From contig OZ242374.1 of NCBI GenBank assembly GCA_965209055.1, positions 3,392,001 to 3,456,000 on the forward strand: a stretch of 64,000 nucleotides of DNA. Reading direction: 5' to 3'. Under the pieces are notes generated by a model. That model saw nothing but the letters and a program-made list of their open reading frames with translations, had not been told where the DNA came from and did no database searches. The DNA is from Acidobacteriota bacterium (lineage in GTDB: Bacteria; Acidobacteriota; UBA6911; RPQK01; JAJDTT01). The translations under genes and the position numbers were made by a program. Positions 36,884 through 46,464 of this stretch are shown piece by piece; position 1 is the first letter of the stretch; each line of letters begins with the position of its first letter.

Positions 36884-37683
36884 GCGTGCCGGAAAGCGTC
36901 CCCGGAAGCGCGACCGCTCTCCCTGCCCGGGGGGAAGCCGGGTCAGCGCTGCTGGAGGCGGTGGGCGTCACCAAGCGATTTGGCGCGCTGACAGCGGTCG
37001 ATGGAGCCGGTCTCACGGTCGGGCGCGCCGAGATCGTCGGCTTGGTCGGCGGCAACGGGGCCGGAAAATCGACGCTGATCCACCTCATCTCCGGCGTCGA
37101 TCGACCCGATGGGGGACAGTTCCTCATGGAGGGCCGCCCGCTTCGACCGGGAAGTCCCGCCGAGGCCCGTCACCACGGAATCGAGACCGTATACCAGGAC
37201 CTGGCGCTCCTGGGTGAGCTGGACGTGACCGCCAACATCTTTTTGGGACGGGAGTGGCGTCGGGGCGTCCGGGGGCTCCGCTGGCTGGCGGAGAAGTCCA
37301 TGAGGACCAGAGCGGAGGAGTTGATCCGCGAGCTCGGCTACGACTTCGGCGCCGCAACCCGGGTCCGCTACCTTTCGGGGGGACAGCGGCAGGCGGTGGC
37401 CCTGGCCCGCGCCCTTCTGGCCCGCGCCAAGCTCATTCTCATGGACGAGCCGACAGCGGCTCTGGGAGTCGCGGAGACCCGAAAAACGCTGGATCTCATC
37501 CGGAAGTTCCGGGACAAGGGGGTCTCCCTGATCGTGATCGGTCACGAGTTGGAGGACATCTTCTCCATCGCCGACCGGATCGTGGTCATGCGGAAGGGGG
37601 CGACGGTGGCCGACCTGAGGACCCGTTCCACGAATCAGGACGAGGTCGTCAGCCTGATGCTGAAGGGACCGCGTCCCGTCTGA
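36880..37683 (+). CDS. Sugar ABC transporter ATP-binding protein
   Basis: GGNGAGKST, IETVYQDLAL, LSGGQRQ, MDEPT. GTG 36880 overlaps the upstream stop. Confidence 0.92.
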   Translation: MSVPESVPGSATALPARGEAGSALLEAVGVTKRFGALTAVDGAGLTVGRAEIVGLVGGNGAGKSTLIHLISGVDRPDGGQFLMEGRPLRPGSPAEARHHGIETVYQDLALLGELDVTANIFLGREWRRGVRGLRWLAEKSMRTRAEELIRELGYDFGAATRVRYLSGGQRQAVALARALLARAKLILMDEPTAALGVAETRKTLDLIRKFRDKGVSLIVIGHELEDIFSIADRIVVMRKGATVADLRTRSTNQDEVVSLMLKGPRPV

Positions 37684-37696
37684 AGTTGACTTCATC

Positions 37697-38704
37697 GTGA
37701 ATTTGAGAGGCTTCCTGCCAGATTTCATCTCCGGCTCGAGGGGCACGGGACTCCCTCGAGGATTGCTGAGGCTCACCCGATTCAAGGCGTTGCTTGTGGC
37801 CACCCTCATTCTGGTGGCCGTGGTGTCCATGATCTCCCCGGTCTTTCTCACCACCCGCAATTTCCTCAACATCCTGGAGCAGCTCTCCATCAACGCCATC
37901 GTCGCAGCCGGTATGACCTTCGTCATCATCGCCGCCGGGATCGACCTCTCGGTGGGGTCCATCCTGGCCCTGGGGAGCATGGGAGCGGCCGGACTCCTGG
38001 TCTCGGGGATCCCGGTTCCCGGGGCCATCGCGGGCGGAGTGCTGGTGGGAATCGCCGCCGGCGCGGTCAACGGGATCGCCGTGGCCTACGGCCGGATCCC
38101 GGCCTTCATCATGACCCTGGGAATGCTCAACGTCGCCCGGGGCACCGTCATGTTTCTCACCAGCGGCAACTCCATCGTCGGCTTCCCGGAGACTTTTCTG
38201 TTCCTGGGCAAGGGGCGCATCGGTCCGATCCCGGTCCTGGTGCTGATCACGGCGGCGGTCTACCTGATCGGCCACCTGGTGCTGGTGAAGACCCGCTTCG
38301 GCCGCTACACCTTCGCCATCGGAAACGATCCCGAGACGGCCCGCCGCCTGGGGGTTCGCGTCAAGCGCCACCAGTTTCTGCTCTACGTCCTGAGCGGCGG
38401 CCTGGCTTCCTTCGCGGGGATCCTGCTGGCGGCCCGCCTGAATTCCGCCCTGACCCTGGCGGGAACGGGGGCGGAACTCGACGTCATCGCTGCGGTGGTC
38501 ATCGGGGGGACGAGCCTGTACGGTGGCCGGGGGTCCATGCCGGGGACGCTGCTGGGCGTGATCTTCTTTCAGATCGTCCGCAATGCCCTGAACATCCTGG
38601 GCATCTCGGTCTTCGTGCAGCAGGTGGCGGTGGGCGCCCTGCTCATCTTCAGCGCCCTGGCTGATTTTCTCTACGACCGCTGGGGACGGCAGGAAGGGAG
38701 TTGA
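37697..38704 (+). CDS. Sugar ABC transporter permease (RbsC-like)
   Basis: GIDLSVGS, PAFIMTLG, ELDVIAAVVIGGTSL. Confidence 0.93.
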   Translation: MNLRGFLPDFISGSRGTGLPRGLLRLTRFKALLVATLILVAVVSMISPVFLTTRNFLNILEQLSINAIVAAGMTFVIIAAGIDLSVGSILALGSMGAAGLLVSGIPVPGAIAGGVLVGIAAGAVNGIAVAYGRIPAFIMTLGMLNVARGTVMFLTSGNSIVGFPETFLFLGKGRIGPIPVLVLITAAVYLIGHLVLVKTRFGRYTFAIGNDPETARRLGVRVKRHQFLLYVLSGGLASFAGILLAARLNSALTLAGTGAELDVIAAVVIGGTSLYGGRGSMPGTLLGVIFFQIVRNALNILGISVFVQQVAVGALLIFSALADFLYDRWGRQEGS

Positions 38705-38720
38705 ACCGGGTAACGGGGTG

Positions 38721-39509
38721 TCAGCCGTTCCCGGTCTTCCCGGATTGGGAAGCGCGAAAGGTTTCCAACGCGGACTTTGCCCCGCCGACAAGAAGGCTGT
38801 AATCGCTCCCGTAGCCCAGGAAGGTGAATCCCTGTTCCAGGCGGTGCGCCAGATCGTCCGGACTCCCAACGCCGATGCCGATGGCCACGCCGGTGTCCCG
38901 GCCCACCTTGAGAGCCTTGTCGATCACGGCGTCCGTCTCCGGGTGCGGCTGACGCCTGGGGTCCACGCCCAGAGCCAGCGACAGGTCCCACATGCCCATG
39001 TAAAGCAGGTCGACTCCCGGCACGGACGCGATCCGCTCCAGGTCCTCCACCGCCTCGGCCGTCTCCAGCAGCAGGCCCACCAGGATGTTCTGGTTGGCCC
39101 GTTCCAGGTAGTCGTCGTAGTCGAGGGTGTAGCGGGACGCCCGCAGGGGACCGAACCCGCGGTTTCCCTCCGGCGGATAACGAGTGGCGGCCACCACCGC
39201 TTCCGCCTCCTCCACGGTCTTCACCATGGGGACGATGATCCCCATGCCGCCGATATCCAGAGCCTTCTGGATGGCGAACAGGTCCGAGGGCGGCACCCGG
39301 ACCATGGGCATGGCGCCGGAGCCGTCGATGGCCATCAGCATGCGCTCGACCTGGGCCGAATCCAGGGCGTTGTGCTCGGTTTCGACCAGCAGCCAGTCGT
39401 AGCCGCAATAGGCCAGCAGTTCGGCCACGGGGGGACTACCCAGTCCCAGAAAACAGCCGACGGCAGTCTCTCCCGCGATGACCTTCCGGCGAATCCGATT
39501 TTCCTGCAT
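38721..39509 (-). CDS. HpcH/HpaI aldolase family protein
   Basis: GYDWLLVETEH, ALDIGGMGIIVPMV, YPPEGNRG, LETAEAV, VPGVD. Confidence 0.92.
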   Translation of the reverse strand: MQENRIRRKVIAGETAVGCFLGLGSPPVAELLAYCGYDWLLVETEHNALDSAQVERMLMAIDGSGAMPMVRVPPSDLFAIQKALDIGGMGIIVPMVKTVEEAEAVVAATRYPPEGNRGFGPLRASRYTLDYDDYLERANQNILVGLLLETAEAVEDLERIASVPGVDLLYMGMWDLSLALGVDPRRQPHPETDAVIDKALKVGRDTGVAIGIGVGSPDDLAHRLEQGFTFLGYGSDYSLLVGGAKSALETFRASQSGKTGNG

Positions 39510-39677
39510 GTCAGGGAGCCTCCGTTGAGAATCGGTCCGCAGAAGATATGGGACCGGGAGAGGTGTGTCAAAGCCGTCCGGGTCGACCGCTGAGTGGCGT
39601 CTTTCCAACCGCCGAAAATTGGCCCGTGCCGAATCGGGACCCCTGTTTTCCGGTCCGGTCTGCTGACAGTTGCCGGT

Positions 39678-40112
39678 TCATACCGGAATAATATGGACTG
39701 CGCTCAGTTCCTCCCGCGCCAGGAGACTGGCGAAGCCGGAATCGAATGTGGCCAACTGACCTCCATACTGAATCGCCAAGGCCAGGAGCACGGCGTCGGA
39801 AATCTGGCGATATCCCTGGATTCTCCTGAGGATTCCTGGCGGCAGATCGGCGATGGAACGATCCATGGGCCAGAAGGAATGGGATTCCAGTTCTCTGAGC
39901 TTTCCCAACAGCCGAATGGCATCGGAGGGTGTTGCTGCCTGTTTGACCGCGGACGGATTACATGAAACGCGAACGAATCCGGCTTCGGTCAGGGGACAGG
40001 TGGCCCATCCGTCGCTCCGGCCCCCCGTAAACCAAGACTGCGCTGCATCATGATGTACGTGGTTGGGCCAAGTCAGAGCAATGAGAACGTTGACGTCGAG
40101 CAAGCGGGTCAT
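39678..40112 (-). CDS. vapC: VapC PIN-domain toxin
   Basis: LLDVNVLIAL...HVHH, TCPLTEAGFVR, QISDAVLLALA, LATFD. Confidence 0.92.
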   Translation of the reverse strand: MTRLLDVNVLIALTWPNHVHHDAAQSWFTGGRSDGWATCPLTEAGFVRVSCNPSAVKQAATPSDAIRLLGKLRELESHSFWPMDRSIADLPPGILRRIQGYRQISDAVLLALAIQYGGQLATFDSGFASLLAREELSAVHIIPV

Positions 40113-40333
40113 GGCCAATCGCTGAGGGCTCTTTGCACGTCCTCACTCGTGATCGGGTCAGTCCCGGCTTCGACGCGAAATACCGGAATGCCGTCATCAT
40201 CGCTGGTCCGGGTCCGCCTGAAGCCACGCCTCGCCAATACCGACAATGCGCTCCCGAGGCTGACTCCTTTCCTCGCTGCGAGTGCCCGCGCCACGGCCAG
40301 CACATCGTCATCTATGGCAACTGTGGTTCGCAT
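40109..40333 (-). CDS. vapB: VapB RHH antitoxin
   Basis: MRTTVAIDDDVL...SLGSALSVLARRG...ITSEDV. Confidence 0.9.
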   Translation of the reverse strand: MRTTVAIDDDVLAVARALAARKGVSLGSALSVLARRGFRRTRTSDDDGIPVFRVEAGTDPITSEDVQRALSDWP

Positions 40334-40360
40334 AAGAACATCATAACATCATCACATCAC
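40334..40360 (-). promoter_or_regulatory. TGATG direct-repeat operator and extended -10 (leaderless vapBC)
   Basis: Minus strand TGATGTGATGATGTTATGATGTTCTT-ATG: four TGATG units, with TG-T-TATGAT 6 nt before ATG. Confidence 0.65.
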
Positions 40361-40657
40361 CTTACCGAACCTTCGAGGCCTTCAGTTATCCGATTCGGTG
40401 CCACCAGCACTAATGGCTTACCAAGAGTACGGAAGAGAGAAAGGGGTTTCGAAGCGGGTGTGCCGGAGTCGGAGGCATGACGATTTGCCCGTTTGGGAGC
40501 CCGACGGCGTCGGTCGCGGCTATTTTGCCTGAGGGTCCTGCCTTATCATCTCATCGAGGATGGTTCCTCCTGGTTTTCTTGGAGTCACGCCTCGATTGAC
40601 CCGGGTTCCGTCGGCCGAGAGACCTGGCGGATTCCTGCCGGTCCGGATTGCAATGCC

Positions 40658-41800
40658 ATGGTGAGTCGCATCCTGTTGCTCTCGACGATTCTGCCGGTGG
40701 CCATGGCAGGACGGGCCGACGGACAAGAAACTGCGGTTCAGAGGCAGTTGCAGGACGCCATTGCGGCGGAGCAGAGAGGCGATTGGCAGGCGGCCGAAAA
40801 AACTTACAGCAGCATTCTGAAACTGCACCCCCAACGGGCCGACGTCATGGTCCGGCTGGGGCTGGTCTATCAGCACCGGGGCAGGTTGGAACCGGCCGTT
40901 GACGCGATCCGGAGCGCCCTGACTCTCGACCCCGGGATCCCCGGCGCGCATTTTTACCTGGGCCTCGCCTATTTCGGCCTGCGCGGCTACGCCGAGGCCG
41001 CAGGGGTCCTGCAGGAGGCGATTTCCCGGGATCCGAAAAACGTCAAGGCTCAGGTCCACTTGGGAGCTTGCTTCCTGGCGCTGGGGCGGGTAGACGAGAG
41101 CATCGGACACCTGGAGGAGTTGATGCGTGTCCATCCTCGGGAGCTGGAAGCCTTGCAGACACTGGCCCAAGCCTATCTGACCAAGGGCAACGACGACGGC
41201 TTCAACCGGACTATCGCCCGGATCGACGAGGTCGAACCCGATTCCTTCCGGTCCCATCAGCTCCGGGCCGAGTTTTTCGCCGCTCGAAGGCGTGTGACCG
41301 AAGCGGCACAGGCGTATGAGAAAGCGGCCGCCCTGAACCCGAACGCGCCGGGAGTGAACTTCGCTCTGGGGGACATCTACTTCGAGCTGGGGGAATACGA
41401 CAAGGCGGAGCCGGCGCTGCGGAAGGAGCTGAGAATCGATCCGCATCACCCCATCGTCAACCTGGAGCTGGGAATCATCAACAACTCGCGGCGCCAGTTC
41501 GACCAGGCGATTCGGCACTTGGAGAGGGCATTGCGGGTGGACGGCCGGCTCACGGACGCCTACGTGGCGCTTGCCTCGGCGTTCGTGGCCAAGGGCCGGC
41601 TGCCGGCCGCCGAAGGCGCCCTCCGGCGGGCCATCGCATTGGCTCCCCGGGATCCGCAGCCCTACTACGAGTTGGCACAAGTCTTCCGGAAGCTGGGGAG
41701 GATGGAAGATGCCCAGGCCTCGTTGGAACGCTTTCAGAGGTTGGAAGAGGAGGAGAGCCAGGAGCGGCAACGGGCAGCGGAAGGCCTAATTGCACAGTAA
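40658..41800 (+). CDS. Exported tetratricopeptide repeat protein
   Basis: Signal MVSRILLLSTILPVAMAG. Multiple TPR units (AHFYLGLAY, VNFALGDIY, PYYELAQVF). Confidence 0.85.
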   Translation: MVSRILLLSTILPVAMAGRADGQETAVQRQLQDAIAAEQRGDWQAAEKTYSSILKLHPQRADVMVRLGLVYQHRGRLEPAVDAIRSALTLDPGIPGAHFYLGLAYFGLRGYAEAAGVLQEAISRDPKNVKAQVHLGACFLALGRVDESIGHLEELMRVHPRELEALQTLAQAYLTKGNDDGFNRTIARIDEVEPDSFRSHQLRAEFFAARRRVTEAAQAYEKAAALNPNAPGVNFALGDIYFELGEYDKAEPALRKELRIDPHHPIVNLELGIINNSRRQFDQAIRHLERALRVDGRLTDAYVALASAFVAKGRLPAAEGALRRAIALAPRDPQPYYELAQVFRKLGRMEDAQASLERFQRLEEEESQERQRAAEGLIAQ

Positions 41801-41992
41801 CCCGTGACGCGCGGCCTCGCGGGGATGCTCGAGGCGTCCACTGGGCCTCGATCCGGGCGACTGCTTCTGCTACAGTTTGTGAACAATCGTTCACGTTCTT
41901 TGTGTTCCATATTGTGTTGAGTCCAACAATATCCCTGGTTGGAAATCCGGGTTGGAGGTTGGAGCGGATATTCACTTCATAGGAGGTCTCTG

Positions 41993-42862
41993 ATGCGAAG
42001 AAAGCACGTTGTGAGTGGCTTGGTCGTGGTTGCCCTGGTTGTCGGGGTCAACACTCCGGCGATGGCCCAGATTTTCCCCTGGTGGTCTTTTGACAGCGTC
42101 CTCGATGAGATCCAGGACCGAGGGACGATAAGGGTCGGTCTTGGTCTGTTCGAGCCGTGGTCGCTCTGCAACAACGACGGCGAACTGGTCGGTTTTGAGA
42201 TCGATGTCGCGACCAAATTGGCCACGGACATGGGGGTCGAGGTTGAATTTGCGCGGACGAACTGGAGCTACATCATATCTTCCCTGATCGCTGAGGATTT
42301 TGACGCCATCATCAGTGGCATGACAATCCTTCCGAGCCGCAATCTCAGGATCAATTTCACCTCACCGTACAACATGACCGGCGTCTATCTTGTGGCGAAT
42401 ACAGCGCAGACCATGGACTTGGAAACGTTGGAAGATTTCAACAGCGCCGATGTCACGATTGGGACCCGGAGGGGAGCGTCGTCAATCCCTGCGATCGAGA
42501 ATGTATTTCCCAATGCTATGATCGAACTCTTCGATACGGACAACGAGATCCTCGATGCCGTCGTCGCCGGTGATGTCCATGCCGCGGCAGCGTTCGCGAC
42601 AACACGCAACTCATGGGTCGAAGCCAACCCGGACACCCTCCACCTGCCGAGCGACGATGCCTTTGGGTCGGAAGCGTTGGCGATGGGGATACGGAAAGGC
42701 GATCTCGACACCCTGAATTTCCTCAATGGCTGGATAACGGTCAACGAGGCTAGTGGCTGGCTCGAACAGCGCCGCCAGTATTGGTTCGAGGGCACCGATT
42801 GGGAGGATCAGAGAGCTACCGATCCGGACGTCATTGCTGCGTGCGATCAGTCCTTTCTGTAG
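41993..42862 (+). CDS. Amino-acid ABC-type substrate-binding protein (SBP_bac_3), orphan
   Basis: RGTIRVG, GELVGFEIDVA, FDAIISGMTI...R...FTSPY. AGGAGG RBS. Confidence 0.9.
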   Translation: MRRKHVVSGLVVVALVVGVNTPAMAQIFPWWSFDSVLDEIQDRGTIRVGLGLFEPWSLCNNDGELVGFEIDVATKLATDMGVEVEFARTNWSYIISSLIAEDFDAIISGMTILPSRNLRINFTSPYNMTGVYLVANTAQTMDLETLEDFNSADVTIGTRRGASSIPAIENVFPNAMIELFDTDNEILDAVVAGDVHAAAAFATTRNSWVEANPDTLHLPSDDAFGSEALAMGIRKGDLDTLNFLNGWITVNEASGWLEQRRQYWFEGTDWEDQRATDPDVIAACDQSFL

Positions 42863-42874
42863 CCGGCTCGGCAT

Positions 42875-42948
42875 GGAGGGTATGAGCGGCGGCTTTCCGG
42901 CCCGCCGCTCCCTCCGACTGCCGGGGACAGAAATGTCCCCGGTCCTCT
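42875..42948. repeat. REP-like palindrome doublet / terminator
   Basis: GAGCGGCGG-CTTTCCGGC-CCGCCGCTC and CCGGGGACA-GAAA-TGTCCCCGG. Confidence 0.65.
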
Positions 42949-43030
42949 CGTCGCGGCTAACGAGAGTTCTTCGATTCCTCGTATTCTTCCAAATCATCCA
43001 AAGCGTGTTGATGTAGAATGGTTCGCAACG

Positions 43031-44674
43031 ATGCACATCCGCCGTTCCCGATTCCTGTTTTCCCTTACCGCCTTTGTCCTGCTTCCCCTGCTGCATCTCG
43101 CTGCGCCGGCGAAGGAGAAGAACGACCGGAAGGATGACGGTCGGGTGCAGGCCGAAGAGTCGCAGGACCATTTCCGGAAGTGGCTCAACGAGGACGTGCT
43201 CTACATCATCACGGAAGATGAGAGGTCCGTCTTCGAAGGACTGACCAACGAAGCCGAGAAGGAGCAGTTCATCGAGCAGTTCTGGTATCGGCGGGACCCG
43301 GACCTCAGGACCCCCATCAACGAGTACAAGGAAGAGCACTACCGCCGCATCGCGTACGCCAACGAGCGCTACCACAGCGGCAGGTCCGGTTGGAGATCGG
43401 ACCGCGGACGGATCTACATCATCCACGGGCCTCCGGATGAGATCGAGGACTTCGGCGGCGGTGGCCAATACGTCCGCGAGTCGTACGAAGGCGGCGGGAC
43501 CACCACCGTCCATCCCTTCGAGCGGTGGCGGTATCGAAAGATCGACGGGCTCGGGAGCGACATCACCCTGGAATTCGTGGACGAATCCCGCACCGGGGAG
43601 TACCGGCTCGCCCTCAATCCGGACGAGAAGGACGCGGCGATCGGCCTGCCCGGCATAGGGCTGACGGACACCGAGAGGTTGGGCCTGACCCAGAAGGGGA
43701 GGCGCTTGCATCCCGACGAGATGCACAACCCCTACCTCCGGGCCAACATGCGGCGCCAGGACCATCCCTTCACCCGTTTCGAGATCTTCGCCAAGACCCA
43801 GGCGGCCCGGCCCATCAAGTACATCGACCTCCGGGATCTGGTCAAAGTCACGGTGAACTACACCAATCTCCCGTTCCAGGTTCGGAGCGACTATTTCCGG
43901 TTGAACCAGGACAAGGTGCTGATTCCCGTCACCGTGGAGTTGCAGAACCGGGACATGACCTTCAAGCAGGAGGGCACCTCCCACTACGCCCAGATCGGCC
44001 TCTACGGCGCGATCACCAGCATAGGGAAGAAGTTCATCCAGGAATTCGATCAGGACATGACCGTCGCCTACCCCGACAAGTGGATCGAGTTGGGGCGGCA
44101 GAGCCGGTCCCTCTACCAGAAGGTGCTGTTGTTGGACAACAATACGCGCTACAAGCTGGACTTGATCGTCAAGGACCTCAACGGCGACAATGTGGGCGCC
44201 CTCAGCCACGCCCTGATCCCACCGCCTTCGGTGAAGGAGAACCGGAAACTGAGCGCCAGCTCGCTGGTTCTTTCCGACCACATGCGGGAGCTGGAGGAGT
44301 TGCCGGAAGGCGACGAGATGTTCGTCTTCGGAGACGTCAAGCTCCGGCCCAGCATCGCCCGGAAGTTCACCCGGAAGGTTCCCCTCGGGATCTATCTGCA
44401 CCTGTACAATTTCAAGGTGGATCAGGCTTCCAACGTCCCCTTGCTGGAGGTCTCGTACCGGATCCGAAACGGGAACGGCCAACTGGTCCGGGACGTCACG
44501 GACAGCGCCGGGGAATCGATCCAGTTTCTCTCCGAAGAAAGGGTCGTCCTGACCAAGAGACTGGACCTGAGCGACCTGGAGCCCGGCAACTACCTGGCGC
44601 AGGTCGAGGCGCTGGATTCCTCCAGCAACGAACGGGTGCGGTTGGAGGACCGCTTTCGAGTCGTGGGGAACTGA
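43031..44674 (+). CDS. GWxTD domain-containing protein
   Basis: KWLNEDVLYIIT, FIEQFWYRRDP, EEHYRRIAYANE, GWRSDRGRIYIIHGPPD. Confidence 0.92.
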   Translation: MHIRRSRFLFSLTAFVLLPLLHLAAPAKEKNDRKDDGRVQAEESQDHFRKWLNEDVLYIITEDERSVFEGLTNEAEKEQFIEQFWYRRDPDLRTPINEYKEEHYRRIAYANERYHSGRSGWRSDRGRIYIIHGPPDEIEDFGGGGQYVRESYEGGGTTTVHPFERWRYRKIDGLGSDITLEFVDESRTGEYRLALNPDEKDAAIGLPGIGLTDTERLGLTQKGRRLHPDEMHNPYLRANMRRQDHPFTRFEIFAKTQAARPIKYIDLRDLVKVTVNYTNLPFQVRSDYFRLNQDKVLIPVTVELQNRDMTFKQEGTSHYAQIGLYGAITSIGKKFIQEFDQDMTVAYPDKWIELGRQSRSLYQKVLLLDNNTRYKLDLIVKDLNGDNVGALSHALIPPPSVKENRKLSASSLVLSDHMRELEELPEGDEMFVFGDVKLRPSIARKFTRKVPLGIYLHLYNFKVDQASNVPLLEVSYRIRNGNGQLVRDVTDSAGESIQFLSEERVVLTKRLDLSDLEPGNYLAQVEALDSSSNERVRLEDRFRVVGN

Positions 44675-44690
44675 CTCGCCCTTCCCATCC

Positions 44691-44716
44691 GGCCGGCGCT
44701 TGGAAACCGCCGCTCC
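44691..44716. repeat. REP-like palindrome (degenerate)
   Basis: GGCGCTTGGAAACCGCCGCTCC shares the GGAAACCGCCGCTCC end with 7321-7335. Confidence 0.55.
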
Positions 44717-44732
44717 AGCCGCCCCTCTCGCG

Positions 44733-46418
44733 TCATTGCAGAGTGAGCAGAGAGAAGGGAAGGGGCGTCGGCTGAAAAACGGGATCGTTTTCCCGCCACG
44801 GTTGCCGGCAAGCTTCTTTTCGCTGATACCGGGTGAGGTTTTCCTGCAGCAGATCGGCCAGCATGGAGCGTTGGGCCCGGGTCACTTCGGTGATCATCAT
44901 CCTCTGCATCTGGACGGCGCGATCGAAATGGCCCAGCTCGGCGTAGACCATGGCCAGCGTCTCCACCTGCTCGAAATCGGGGGTCTTCACTTGTTCGAAC
45001 ACCTTCTGCAGGAGGCGCAGTGCCTGCTGTCCGTTCCGGATGGCGGCGTCCGGACAGGCTGCCAGCAGCCGGGCCAGGGCGTGCATCAGATCGGTGTCCT
45101 CGGGTAGAGCCGTCAGTCCCGCCTGCAGCCGCGACCGGGCCTCCCTCCACCTCTGGGTCCTCACCAGGGCCATGGCGCCCATGAAGTGGGCGAAGGCGTT
45201 GCCGGGATCCAGCTCGATGACCCTGCCGTAGTGGGGGACCGCCTCGTCGACTCGTCCCTGGCGCATCAGCAGGTTGGCCAACTGGAAGTGGGCTTCGGTG
45301 AAGTTGGGATCCGTTTCGACGGACTTGCGGCAGTGCTCCAGAGCCTGTTCCTCGCGACCCATCTGGATCAGTCCCATGGACAGGTTCAGATGGATCCGGG
45401 ACGTGGAGGCGGTATGAGGCAGGGCGGCCTCGAACTGCTGGACGGCCTCCTCGACCCGGCCCATCTGCGCCAGGGCCGTGCCCAGATCCACGAGGGCCAG
45501 GGCGTCGGTGGGGTCCTGGGCAACCATCTGGCGAAAGAGCCGCACGGCCTGTTCGTGTTGTCCCGTCTCGAGTAGACGGTTGGCTTGCTCGCGCTGCTGC
45601 CAGCGTCCCGTCTTCATTCTCACCAGCTCTTCCAGCAAGGGATCGGGATAGTTGACGGCGCCGTCCCCCTGCTTGCCGAGATGAAGCCGGGCCTTGTCCA
45701 CCTGGCCCAACTGGCGGTAGGCCATGGCCAGCCGGTAGTGGAGGCTGCTGGCCTGAGGTTGTCGCCGGAGAGCCTCTTCATAGCGCTCGACAGCCTTCGC
45801 GTAGTCGCGTCCGGCCGCCGCGATTTCACCAAGACCCGCCATCGCCGCCGCCGAGGCCGGGTCCAGTTTCAGCGCCCGCTGGAAATGTTTCGCCGCCTCC
45901 TCGGTCCGGCCCTGCTCCAACTCGATCCGGGCCAGGCCCAGCACGGCCGCCAGGTCGTTGGGGCGCAACGTCAGGACGTGCGCGTATTGGGCGCCGGCTC
46001 GGTCCAGGTCGCCTCTCGCCCGATAACCGAGAGCCAGGTAGTGGGACCAGCGATAGTCCCGGGGCGCCAGCCGCAGAGCGTTCCGGTAGCAGGACTCGGA
46101 CGCTTCCAGGAGGTCGTAGGTCTGAAGCATCTGGCCCATTCGGCCATAGGCCAGAGCCCTCTGCTCCGGAGTGGCGCCGGGCCGTCGGGTCGTCTCTTCA
46201 AGGTCGGAACGGGCGCGCTCCAGCTGCTCCCGGACGTTCGCGTCCATGGCCGTCAGGTTGGGGAAGGGAATCGGCTCCAGTTCGGAACCTGTGGCCTGAA
46301 CCGGCGGCGGTTCAGGCGGAAGCGCTTTTGGGGCAGCGGACAGATGACCCGGAAAAAGGCCGCACAGCGCCGCTATCGCGATCGGAAACAATCCCCATGA
46401 CGCCGACTTTCGTTTCAT
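44733..46418 (-). CDS. Exported tetratricopeptide repeat protein
   Basis: Signal peptide, about ten TPRs, C-terminal ALARLLAACPD...RNG...ETLAMVYAELG. Confidence 0.88.
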   Translation of the reverse strand: MKRKSASWGLFPIAIAALCGLFPGHLSAAPKALPPEPPPVQATGSELEPIPFPNLTAMDANVREQLERARSDLEETTRRPGATPEQRALAYGRMGQMLQTYDLLEASESCYRNALRLAPRDYRWSHYLALGYRARGDLDRAGAQYAHVLTLRPNDLAAVLGLARIELEQGRTEEAAKHFQRALKLDPASAAAMAGLGEIAAAGRDYAKAVERYEEALRRQPQASSLHYRLAMAYRQLGQVDKARLHLGKQGDGAVNYPDPLLEELVRMKTGRWQQREQANRLLETGQHEQAVRLFRQMVAQDPTDALALVDLGTALAQMGRVEEAVQQFEAALPHTASTSRIHLNLSMGLIQMGREEQALEHCRKSVETDPNFTEAHFQLANLLMRQGRVDEAVPHYGRVIELDPGNAFAHFMGAMALVRTQRWREARSRLQAGLTALPEDTDLMHALARLLAACPDAAIRNGQQALRLLQKVFEQVKTPDFEQVETLAMVYAELGHFDRAVQMQRMMITEVTRAQRSMLADLLQENLTRYQRKEACRQPWRENDPVFQPTPLPFSLLTLQ

Positions 46419-46464
46419 GGCGTGATCGACCGTTCTGCTTGGGGCCGGAGAGTCGCCGGGCGCG

